Assembly: GCA_964016885.1 (NCBI GenBank)
Contig: OZ024742.1
Location: forward strand, 219,294,001-219,358,000
Origin: Eledone cirrhosa
Taxonomy: Eukaryota
DNA: 64,000 nt
Reading direction: 5' to 3'
In this document: one piece after another, positions 41,601 through 54,184 of the stretch
How positions within the stretch are numbered: position 1 is the stretch's first letter
Layout of the letters: each line of letters starts with the position of its first letter
The notes under the pieces: model-generated
What the model was told of the DNA's origin: nothing
Seen by the model: the letters and a program-made list of their open reading frames with translations, nothing else
The model's database searches: none
Made by a program: the position numbers and the translations under genes

Positions 41601-44600
41601 GGAGCGGAGGTGAGAGAGAGAGGAGCGGAGGTGAGAGAGAGAGGAGCGGAGGTGAGAGAGAGAGGAGCGGAGGTGAGAGAGAGAGGAGCGGAGGTGAGAG
41701 AGAGAGGAGCGGAGGTGAGAGAGAGAGGAGAGGAGGTGAGAGAGAGAGGAGAGGTGAGAGAGAGGAGAGGTGAGAGAGAGAGGAGAGGAGAGGAGAGAGA
41801 GAGGAGAGGAGAGAGAGAGGAGAGGTGGTGAGAGAGAGGAGAGGTGGTGAGAGAGAGGAGAGGCGAGATAAAGTGAGAGAGCGAGAGAAAGCGAAAGTGA
41901 GAGAGCGAGAGAGAAAGAGAGAAGGAAAGTGAAAGATTAAAAAATTATTTAATTTTCACAATTTCTTAATATGTAATTAAACATTTTTAATTATTTCAAT
42001 CACATTGAATACTATAAACTCAGACAAGTCACAGCATTTTACTAAAAATAACAGACAAGAAAAACTTCATGAATCTTGTCTACCAGACATTGTTCTAAGC
42101 TTTAAATATGTAGCACTTTTACATATACATAAAAATGATTGATCATGTAGAATAGGTTGGTCATGTCACTACTGAAACTATATGAATATGGTTATTATAA
42201 ATAAAATATGCCTTGATGAAATCTGGCATGAAAATGATTTTGACATGGTTGAAATATACATCATTTTCTATTGGTTAAGCTATAATCCATAATATGCTAC
42301 ATATATATTTGTTTCTACTATTGGCACAAGGCCAACAATTACCCAGTACATTACTGGTACTTTATTTTATCGACCCCGTAAGGATGAAAGGCAAAGCTAA
42401 CCTTGGCGGGATTTGAACTCAAAATGGCAAGGGCCGTAACTATGCGTCAAAGCATGGCGTCCGATCCTCTACCGATACTGCCAATCCACCGCCTAGGTTA
42501 ACGATCCAATATATATGCTACATATATATTGTCAGTCAATTAGAAATAGAGATTTAAAAGTACCAATTAATGTGTTCATTCTGGACATAAATATACATTG
42601 CTATGGTATCTAGGGCCTCAGGAATTTGCAAGAGATTGTACCAGTAGATATTGTGATAGTTTTAGCTAAATATTCTTTTTTATTTAAACACAACTGCAAG
42701 TGAAGTATTTATGAAAAGCAATATGCAACTTATTCAGGTCAAAGGCTGAAGCTAAAATATTATAACCACAAAGGGTATGTGACATATCTACCACTGCAAT
42801 TTGCACCAAGTTTATATGGTAGTTCTGATTTTAACAAAATTATAAAAAGAACTTTATATTGTTAAAACTAAATTACTTATGAAATGCACAAAAAATTTAA
42901 ATTGAACAAAACAAAACAAAACAATTATGAAATATAAATATCAAAAACAGATTTTTATAAAAAATAAATCTTAATACATAAACATGAATTTCACTAGCAG
43001 AAAAACCACCCTTCGGGTGGTTCTCTGCTAGCATGTGTAGTGTGCATATTGATATTATAAGGAAATATATATGCATGTAGACATGATACGTCAAATGAAA
43101 TCGTAATTGACAATATGCACAGAATTTGAATGAAGTCTGCGTTACACTCTCTTCTGTAATAAGTAAAGTAATCCATGATACATAAAAAAAAGAGGATATT
43201 ATATATAAACTACATATATAATAAACTAAAATGTTGAAAACTAAAATGTTGAAAACCAAAAAGGAGAAAATTAGCGACGTAAATATAAACCTTATGTAAT
43301 GATGTAAATATATGAACGTTTATATAAGCGATGTGATAAGTGTTATAATATAACGGACGCTAACTGGAAATGTTGACATTTGAAAATTTTAAAGTAGTGA
43401 ATCTTAAAATAAGCAATACTTTATAATAATATTTATGTTTAATCAAGAGCTACAAAATTTAGTAGATAAATTACATAATATTCATTCATTATTTATTCAA
43501 AGTAATCCAACTTGTTTTACTAACGAGATAAACAATATAAAACAGACACTGTCCTGCACTCCTCCCTTTTATTATATTATAGATTTTCAAAAATAAAAAT
43601 AAGGATGGAGAAGGGAAACGATCCCAAAAGACAAATTATCCAATAGAGAGATTTGTGGATATGTTTATTTATTTAATATAAAATATAATTGAATGATAGA
43701 AAGAATTTCTTTTCCTAATTGTTTGTATAGCTAATTTATCATTGTTGAATGGTGGCAATGATCTGTTAGGTGAAACAATTGTTTTACAGAGAAATACAAT
43801 TCCTTAGAACCATAAAATGTATGTTTATATTTTTTAAACCAATCCTGTAAACTGAAATTAGATGTCAGACATAGTAGTAATAACTTCACAACCATTGCAT
43901 ATGAATTGAACAAATAATCCTTATTTACTTCAAAACTCTTCCAGAGTTCACAAATATCGTGGATAAAGGAAAGATTTACTTGGTGGCATCCTCAAAAACT
44001 TGTGATCTCAGGCCACTGATAGAAGTAATTATTGTTCAATATAATTTCTAAAAGATACATAATACATTTTGATGGGAGGGACCAGTGGATCATATTAAGA
44101 CTAGATCTTGAGAGGTGCTTATCTTATTGATAGTGGAAGGATGAACTGCAAATCTGACCTTGGCACACATACACATACAAGTTTATTGTCCAACCCATGC
44201 AAGCGTGGAAAAATGGATGTAAAAACGATGGTACACCTCAAATGGTGTTGCTTTAGTGCAGCTTCAATGTGATACTTAAAATTATATATATATATATATA
44301 TATATATCATCATCGTTTAATGTCCATCTTCCACACTAGCATATATATACACACACACACACATATAACAACTTCTCCACTGCAATCGATATGACCATGC
44401 GTAAGCGAGATACAGACATCCTCAGCCAATCTGAGAGGTCAGTAGCCCCACTTCAGTATTGACTTGGTCTATGTAGACCCATCCAACCCATGTTAGGAGG
44501 GAAAGCAGACATTAAATGGTGATGATTATACACACACACACAGTGGTTATCTGCTCCTTGCAAAGCTTGACCCCTTCTTATACCTATAATTGCTCCTTCC

Positions 44601-47600
44601 TAGATTTTAAGTGTCTTTTGAGCCTTGAAATGCATTTGAAGACCTGACTGCAAATACTGCAGCAATGTCTCATTTCAGCATTGGCTCTATTTTCCACTTG
44701 TTTATTATAAATGTTCAAGTGCTGCTTCAATCCTCCATGTGACTTGCAGGTGTTTTTGACAAACATGGCATTGAAACTGGTCATCCAGAATGAATTTCCA
44801 ATAATTCATGTGTGCCTTACCTGCATGAGTGCGATAGAGTAGTGTAAAGCATGCATACTTTTGTGCCAAAGGAACATTAAAAGAAAGAACAAGAATCACT
44901 CCCAACACTTGATATTAATCTTCTTTTTAATGAACTTTTCTTTTTGTTTCAGCATGCTTAAGACAGTAAGCCAAAGAAAAATACAAAGAATTTTTTAAAT
45001 CAAATTTTAACTTTTTTTCTTTCTCTATTTTTTCTTTCACCATAAAATTTGTTTGGGAATGCGCTAATCGTCTATACTAATGAAATGGCCTGTCCATTGT
45101 AATTGATTCCTAATAAGCATGGCTTTGACTGATGTGATCCTAGTTTCAATGAGAACCTCAGTATCAGGAAAAAGTGAGATTCAGCTTATTCTGAGTATGT
45201 GATGGAGGCATTTCTGGTGAAATCTTTCCAAAATTGTTACATGATGTCCAAGTTTCAGAAGAATACAGCAGTGTTGAAAGAACAAATGAGAAACATAGCA
45301 TCATCTTAGTGTCAGCTTTGACAGTTTAGAATCTAAAATCTGGTCACAATGCAATATCAAAGGCCCTTTGAATGCAAGAAGTGATTGTCTAAGTTTCCAT
45401 TAACATGGACCAGGCGACCCAGGTATTCAAAAGAGGTCACAACATTAAGCGCTGTACCCTTAACCAGTATCAGGAGAGCATTGATTTGTTCTCCAGGGAC
45501 AGCTTGATGCATTACAACAGTTTTTTTTTTGTTTTTTTTTTTCAAATTAATTGCGAGACCAAATACGCCACATGTAGAATCAAACACACTAATTAGGTTC
45601 TGTAAGTCTTGCTCAGTGTGACTTATTAGGTCATTGTCATCTGTGTATAACAGATCACATTCAAGAGAGGTAAAGACTTGGATTTGAAGTTCATTCTTGT
45701 CAGATTAAAAACATTACCTTAAGAGTGGCACCATATATAGATGCTATCAGTTGAAATTGCAAATACATTTGTTAGCACAACTGCAAAATAAATATCGAAG
45801 AGTGTCAGTGCATCAAGATCAACTTGCTTAATTCCATTTTCAACTGGAAATGGTTCTGACAGGGTTGCACCAAAGTTAACTTGAGCCTTCATATCCTTGG
45901 TTATATTCACAAACTTTTCAGGTCAACCAAATTCCTTCAGCACTAACAGTGCATTTCTGTTAACTGTGTCAAAAGATTTGTTAAGATACACAAAACAATG
46001 GTATGAGCCCATTCATTTTTCTGTGCATGCATGCTTTAGACAGGTTGTCATGTTGTGAGGCAAGTCAGGTCCAAAGACCACATTTTGCTCATATGGATTG
46101 GTATATGTAACAACAGTTTGTACGAAAAGGGTCCGTAAAGATGACTGTATATTTGTTATTTATATTTGTGTATTACCCACTCTACTACCCTAAGTATTGA
46201 GTACTCTGGTGCGTTACAGTCTACCTGGTTCCTTACCATACTTCCTTCGTTATATATATATATAGTAATTGTTTCTACTTTTGGCACAAGGCCAGCAATT
46301 ATTCCAGTGTATTACTGGTACTTTATTTTATCGACCCCGTAAGGATGAAAGGCAAAGTTAACCTCGGCGGGATTTGAACTCAGACCGTAAAGGACCGTAA
46401 CTCTTTGCTGCAAAGCATGGTGTCCGACCCTCTACCGATACTGCCAATCCACCGCCCTATATAGTAATGGCACATATACAGTGACAGTGGTAAGAGTGTT
46501 GTGCTTGCAATCATAAGGTTGTGAGTTTAATTACCAGACTGGGTGATGTGTTGTGTCATTTAACAAGACACTTCATTTCACATTGCTCCATTTTCTTCAG
46601 CTGTAAAACTGAGTTACAACATCACTGGTGCCAAGCTGTATTGGCTATTGCCTTTCCCTTGGACAACATTCCCTTGTTATGGAGCAGGGAGACTGGTATG
46701 CATGGGCGACTGCTGGTCTTCCACAAAAACACCTTGCCCAGACTTGTGCCTCAGAGGGGAATTTTCTAGGTGCAAATCCCAAGGTCATTCATGACTGAAG
46801 GGGTCTGTACCCTTTACATATATACATACACACACGTGATAATATTGCACTAGTGCGCATACTCTAGATTTTGACTGACTATGGTTACATCATATATAAA
46901 ATATACTCAAGATTCTGTAAATAAAATTTTAGAACAATATCACCAATTAACCAACAATATGGGGATATATATTCTCTTACTTATGTGACTTCAACATTTT
47001 AGTTTTAGCAAAAATTAAAGTTTTTCAAACATCACTAATCAATAAACTCTCCATCCTTTTAGTACAAAAAAAAAAAAAGAAAATGGTCTTTAATTAGATT
47101 CAAATAGATAAAATTTGCTTGGCTAAAACTTCTTAGTCATGAAACTAACTCGTATCTACAATATTCTAGCAGAAGAGATATAGGACTTGCTGAAGAAGTT
47201 TTTGAGATAGGTTTTGGTCATGGTTTTTGGAAGTGAATGAATAAAAAGAAATTCAAATGCAGAGACACTCAAGGAGAAAGAAAATTTAGAGGAAGACATT
47301 TTAAACAATTTCCAAGCAAGTTAGATTCCATGATGGCATGCTCCATGCACTGGCAACAAGATTTAAAGAGACAAGTATTATTTAGATATGTCTAATCTAA
47401 CTAAGAAAAGAAGCGCATGAATTAACCGATTAGGTCTTCTAATTTAGGGTCAATATCCAAAAATAAAACCAAAAACCCTGAAAATACTTTTACTTTTGAT
47501 ACTTTTCAAAAATAGTATACCAAGCACAACTGCTTATTGATGATTCCTGTACTTAAATGGTTAAAGATCAATTATTAAGATGACATGATGAAGCCCATTT

Positions 47601-49719
47601 TTAGTTATTGGAATGAATTTGCCATCTATTAGGAAAATTTATATATTTCAATTATTTTCAAATAATTTTCCTGGAATAAAAATTTACATTGAAATTTGAA
47701 ACCTGTAATGTTCCAACAGTTGGTGATCTGTCAAGAATTAATACTAGTAATTGCAAGTTATATACATAATCATATTAGCTTGTGCTGATCTAAAATTCAC
47801 TTTAAATTATTTCATTTTCAGAAAGGGACTTGTAAAAGGTCTTTTTTCTTAAACTTGTTTATAATTTCACCAATTATCTGTACATTTTGTCATTTTTCTA
47901 TTTTTTCACACCAGCAAAAATTGAATAGCTTTGTACAATTTGGAGAAATTTGTTTTGTTTATTGTAAAATTTGCAACTGAGATTAAATGTAGAAATGAAA
48001 CTATGATTTTGTGAAAATGTAATGAATAAAGGTATTCTAGCCATAACTCTCCCCACCACTAACACCACCCTATATTTTCTCTTTTTTTATTTAGCAGACA
48101 GTTTATCTTGGAAGACTTAATAAAAGTGTATTTTTTCTTAAAGACAGTAGGATGTTTTTTGAAAGATTTAGCTGTTACCTCTAGAAAAGTCAGTCTTACT
48201 AGTTGCTTTGCCAAACTGATGGAATCCTGTGTCAGAGAAACACTTTGGAACTTCTGGACCTCTCACAGTCTTATCCGGCCCTCGCAATTTGGATTTATCC
48301 CCAACTCCAGTGATCAACTTATCGAGTTTCTTGAAGACATCACCCGGATCACTGATGGCAGCTCATGGGTGGGTGGATGTTTACCTTGACTTTGCAATAG
48401 CTTTCAATTCTGTGCCACACAAGGCTTATGGCAAAACTCTCTGCAATGGGTGTGAAGGATGATCTTTTTAACTGGTTGAAGTCCTTCATTCTCAGTCGAA
48501 GAGAGGTAGTCACTGTTCTGGGACAGCATTCCTCACCATATGAGATGTCATCTGGTGTACCACAGGGATCTGTTCTTGGCCCCCTTTTGTTTGTGGCATA
48601 TATTAATGACATAGATGCCAACTTAAAGAATGCCACAGTACTAAAGTACGCAGATGACATCAAGCTGTACCTTGAGATAAAAAGGACAGATCCTGAACAC
48701 TATAGATCTCGCTTGCAGTCTGATCTGGACACAATGCAACAATGGATCTCAGACTGGCAACTCAAGCTACCTGTGGACAAGTGCACCACCATGCATTTGG
48801 GAGTAAAAACCCAGTGTCCACATACTCCCGCCACAGCACTAATATCAAGAAGTCTTGTGAACGTGACCTGGACATTACGGTCAGCAGCGATTTGTATTGG
48901 ACGAAGACGTCTCTAAAATTGTCAAGAGGGCTGAGGGTGTCTTAGCATCACTCAGCAAGACCTTTGTCAGCCGCTCTCCAGCTATCTATTTAAGGCTGTA
49001 CATGGCTATGGTGCGGCCACACATAGAATTTGCATCACCAGCCTGGAACCCCTATCTTGCTCAGAACATTGACCGCCTGGAAACTGTTCAGAGATGGGCA
49101 ACCAAGCGAATACCCTCCATCAGGCATCTACCATACTCTGAACGCCTTGCTTCCCTGGGCATGGATACATTGGCGCTCCGACGCCTGGCAACTGACTTAG
49201 TAAACACCCACAAAATTGTTAATCATCTTGCCAACTACAACCCTGAGTACCTTTTTGATTTCCATGTGTCTAACACACGTGGGCATGCCCACAAAGTCAG
49301 AAAACAGCAGTTCCCATGACTTTCGGAAACATTTTTTCACGCTCAGAGTTGCTGAAGCATGGAACAAACTACCTGCATCAGTTGTTAGCTGCCGAGACAC
49401 TGCATCCTTTAAAACCTCCATGGTTCCCGAGATTCGCCAACACTACACCTAATGTTCCACCTCCACACACATATACACATTTATATCATGACTCGTACAC
49501 TATTCACTTCCCTGACATTTGTATATTATTCTATGTACTATACATGCATCTTTGACGAGTTGTAGTGCACCCGAGCACTTTACACAATAATTTCATTATA
49601 TATTATATTAAAATCAAGTAACCCTGTATAAGCCCCTTTGTCAGTGGCTTCAGTAAAATGTAATGGAAGGTACAACCACTTGAATGTCTAAAACAGTTTA
49701 AATGTCAAATATGACCCGC

Positions 49720-49751
<32 letters not shown>

Positions 49752-52700
49752 AAGGCAAGTTAAAAGATTATCATGTTACATTATATTGTAAATTTTCTTG
49801 TATTCTGGTTTTTAGAATAAATACACTATATCCCTGCATGCCATAAGAAAGTTGGTGTCAGGAAAAGCATATAGCTGTAAAACTGTCTCAAAATATCCCA
49901 TTCAAGTCATGCTAGCATGGAAAGTGGACATGATAATGATATATAGATATATCAGTCAACAGAAAGTGAAATAAAAAGGACCTGGTACTCTAAAAACAAC
50001 ATAACCTTATTTTATAGACACTTATGCTTATGCATTGGTTTCAGTCACTGACAAGCAGTGTAAACATCTCTAGAACTGGATACAACTCTAAGAAATCTAG
50101 ACAATACCAGAAATACTCTAATGAAGTACAGCATATTTGCTGAAGTCATGCTCACCACCACTAACACCATCATTATTGTTATTATTAACTCCAGTGCATT
50201 GCCAAAAGGAGGACATGCTAAGACATTCTCAAACTCTTATTCCCTACAACATTTAATAGCAATTGGACTCCCTAGTTTTATATTTTTCCTACAAAAATAT
50301 GAGACTTTGCAAGTGAGGGATATTGTTAGGATCAATTAAAAATCTAATAAAGAGGGATTTAATCATGGAATATGACAAATAGTAAATGATGCAGAAAATA
50401 TCTTATTTGTGAGTTGGAGTTAAAATTATATCTTAGATGGGGAAAAATAGTTTATTTGAATTTAAAACATGCAAGAAAAGATGTATATCACAAACTTATA
50501 CAAGAAGCTAATTACCATTGAGTAGATATTTCATTATGAAGGAGAATAGAGGGTGAGGGAGAGGGTAATTAAATGGGTGACAATTGCTACAGATGTAGTT
50601 ACCAAAAGTAATACTTTCAACGAGGAATGTGCAAATCTGTGAGAAATTGCATGAAATTTGTTGCAGTGTGTGTTGATCAGGTAGGATTGCCTATAAAGTA
50701 AATAAGTATCAACATAGAGAAGCTGATTCAGCACACATTCATCAAATTGAATACAAAATAACATTATATTAAAAGGAAAAGGATAAATACTGAAAACAAA
50801 AAAGTGACCAAGTTAAATTAATTCAAATCAATGAGAATAGGTTTTCTACTGAATCTAAAAAGGCAAACATATGGTTAGTAAATTAGTTACATCAAGAGGA
50901 AATATTGGTTTCACAGATGACATCTACATAGTTACAGGCAAAACCAATTGGCAGGAAACCCAGTAGTAGACCCCAAACAAGATGGTTGGATAACATCCAT
51001 GAGCTTAGCTGATCTCGCTTGGGGATCAAGCCAGATCAATTGGAGACGGTTGCTTCTGACAGGACTTGTTGGAAGGAGTATTTGAGGACTGCCCCCACAA
51101 CCCTTTCAGGAATAAGTGAGTGAAGAAGACATCTACATGGAGGATCAAATTGACTAATTCCCCCAAAATAATACAAGATTATTTAATCAGCAACTTATTT
51201 AGATTGAACAAGCAAATTAAAATGAAATCGGAGTAAACATTTACTTCAAACTTTTAAACACATTCCTGTAAAGTCTTAAGATGTTAAAAATCAAAATTAA
51301 TAGACAAACTTAAATGTTCAAATATAAATTCTCCCCCAAAAGGGAAAAGCAAAGCTGTCCTAGCCAGCCTTGATCCCTAAATAGAAAGTGACATCATTAA
51401 ATAAGCAAAGCACTACCACTTCCACTATTATTTCTGCAACTTCACAAATCTCAAAATATTATTTTCAATTATATTTTAGCAATCTTTCAGATATAATCAG
51501 TAAAGTAATATAAATATTGAATATAAATAAGAATATAATTTACAAAAGTAGATGGGAGTCAAAACAGCAAAACACATTGTCTCAATTACAAACAACAAAA
51601 GGGAATACTGGTATTTCTCTTTAAACATTATTGAGACAACTCTGAACACTCATGACATTACCATGAATAACCACAAGACTGAAGTGCTGGAAGAGCTAAA
51701 CACCTTCATGAGCATAACTTGATATTTTCATATGATGAACTACAAAATTTTGTTCATGGCCCAGCTCTTGAGAAAGTTGATTCACCAGCAAATTATAATA
51801 TTTCAAATTATAATATTTCAGAAGTAACCATCACTCCCAGCACAGAATTTTGGATGTGTAATAATACAAAATAACCACTAACAGTAACACCCACTTGAGG
51901 CATCTACCTATAGCCTACAAAAGATAAAGGAATTTCTCAGAAATAGTATCCGAAATTTTATAGCTAGGCATCAATGAGATTTCCGTGTACAGTCAAAAAC
52001 AAAATTCTTTGTACATTAAAAACCGTTTCAAGACCTTAAATTTAAGACCAAACATAAAACCAAACACCATTTATTTCATCATTATCATCATCGTTTAATG
52101 ATAATAATGTTTAATATGTTTTAGTATTTTAAATCTTTTAATACCAACCTACATGAGACAGCAAGACTGCATTTAAATAAAATCTTAATCAAAACCACAT
52201 AACATGAATGATAATGCAAGTTTTTAATTAGTCAACACCAATATATTGTTACCATTTCATGTGCTTTTTCCATACGAGCCTGAATTGGATGGATCATCTC
52301 AGCCCAAGTCAGTAGTTATTCAAAGTTACTGCCATTCTAGACAAATCAGAGGACCACATCTATTATGGTATGGTTTTTACAGCTGCATGTCCTTACCAGC
52401 ACCAATCATTTTAAAGAGTGAACTGGGTTATTCTGGCAGCAGCAATAGAGAGGTTACCATGTCCTCAACAATACTGAAGAATCCTTTCTACTCAATATTT
52501 ACGGGGTCGATAAAATAAAGTACCAGTAATGCACTGGGTAATTGCTGGCCTTGTGCCTAAAGTAGAAACAATTATTTAATCACCAAGAAAGGTAATGGAT
52601 AGGCAGTATTGGTAGAGGGTCAGACACCATGCTTTGAAGCATAGAATTACAGCCATTTACATTCTGAGTTAAAATCCTGCAGAGGTTAACTCTGCCTTTC

Positions 52701-54130
52701 ATCCTTTCGGGGTCGGTAAAATAAAGTACCAGTAATGTACTGAGGTAATTGATAAGTAGAAACAATTATTTAATCACCAAGCTTTTTACAGCGTGTACTG
52801 AGTGCATTTTATCATGACACCAAAACTAGAGGGATAGCCTTACAAAGCACAATGAATACTAATATAGAAAATTAGATATTTTACTAAACTCTTTAAAATC
52901 TTTATATTTCAAATTAATTGAAACAATAGCACTTTACTCACTAGCTGTAGTCAGTCATAAGAGATTTAAAGGGATAGACAAAGATTGGCAAGTAACAATA
53001 CCGAACACACACACGCACACAAAAAAAAACAAAGAAAGAAATAAAGATAACAGCCAAGGCGACCTCAAAGATATGAAGTAAAATGATATTGTTGAGACAA
53101 GAGAGACAAGATTAAGACTGATTTAGAAAAGACAAAATAGAATTAGTATTTACCTAGTCGACTCTATAAATCAAAGTTAATAAATATGTATTAGTTTACC
53201 GGTTGTGACAATGTAGGTAGATGAAATCTATAAAGTTAAACATTTTCAATGCTACAGGAAAATAAATTGCTTTGCTACAGATTAATTAATTACTGTTTTA
53301 AAGCAGGATCTAATAATAAACACAGGTTAGATACATAATTTAATTTGTTATTAGACCTATAGTTAAATCTATGATATCTAAACAACTAATGATATAGAAA
53401 TCCTGGAAAATTTAATGGACTCTGCATGGCAATAATAGCAGAAAAGACGACTCACTGGTATAGGCTTCTCAAGCCCCGGGCAACAGCATCGCACCTAAAT
53501 GGAATGAAGTTAGAAATGTTCAAATTAGTCAAAGACACCTAAAATAAAGATCAGAGTCCCCTTGCTGTTTAGGTCAGCTCTCGTCAATAAACCACAATCA
53601 AAAGCATTCTAGCCATGACTATCAGGCTCCCTTAATGGTGATGGCTCTGGAGAAGGGAGTGAGAGTAGTAAAGATTTTTTTAATTCTTTAGTTATAATAG
53701 AATCTGTGAGAAATAAGAGTAAACATAACTAAAACATGACTGTCTCATCTCTGAGGAAGCAACTACTGATCTATCATGATCAGTTTCAAAAGTTGATGAG
53801 AAAAGTTGTAAAGGACCATTCAAGACTGCCCTACTCCTTTACCACCAGTACAGCAACAGCAACAACAACAATAATAATAATATAGCTAGATTTAGAGAGA
53901 TTTGGTTTTCTATATCACATCAATAGATTTACACCTTCGAGAGACCTTGGTAAACACCATGTTGCTTGCCTTTAACATCAGCCAAGCTTTTAACAGTATG
54001 AGAACCTCTTATAGTGTAATCATATCTATGATGTAAACCTGCTGAAAGATTAACAATGTATAAGAACTGATTTTCTATTTCAAACTAGACTTTCACTAAG
54101 ATCAGAGACTTCAGTGACGGTGCAGAGTAG

Positions 54131-54184
<54 letters not shown>

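Noticed and set aside
41381-41831. Long ORFs of ERSGGER / EVRERGA repeats
   Set aside because: Translations of the GA minisatellite, antisense and intronic, with no gene context.
42420-42493. tRNA gene
   Set aside because: A and B boxes belong to a multi-copy SINE head; no full cloverleaf or terminator seen.
48428-49452. Domesticated or active reverse transcriptase gene
   Set aside because: 5'-truncated and split by several frameshifts; an ordinary LINE relic.
51662-51695. 34-nt phase 2->0 exon candidate (SSSTSVLWLFM)
   Set aside because: Good donor ATG|gtaatg but almost no pyrimidine tract before the acceptor; could be chance, though worth including in junction counts.
53154-53163. 10-nt ag|AGTCGACTAG|gt microexon
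   Set aside because: Gives a stop in phase 2 and a frameshift in phase 0, and lies only 36 nt from the 28-nt candidate.
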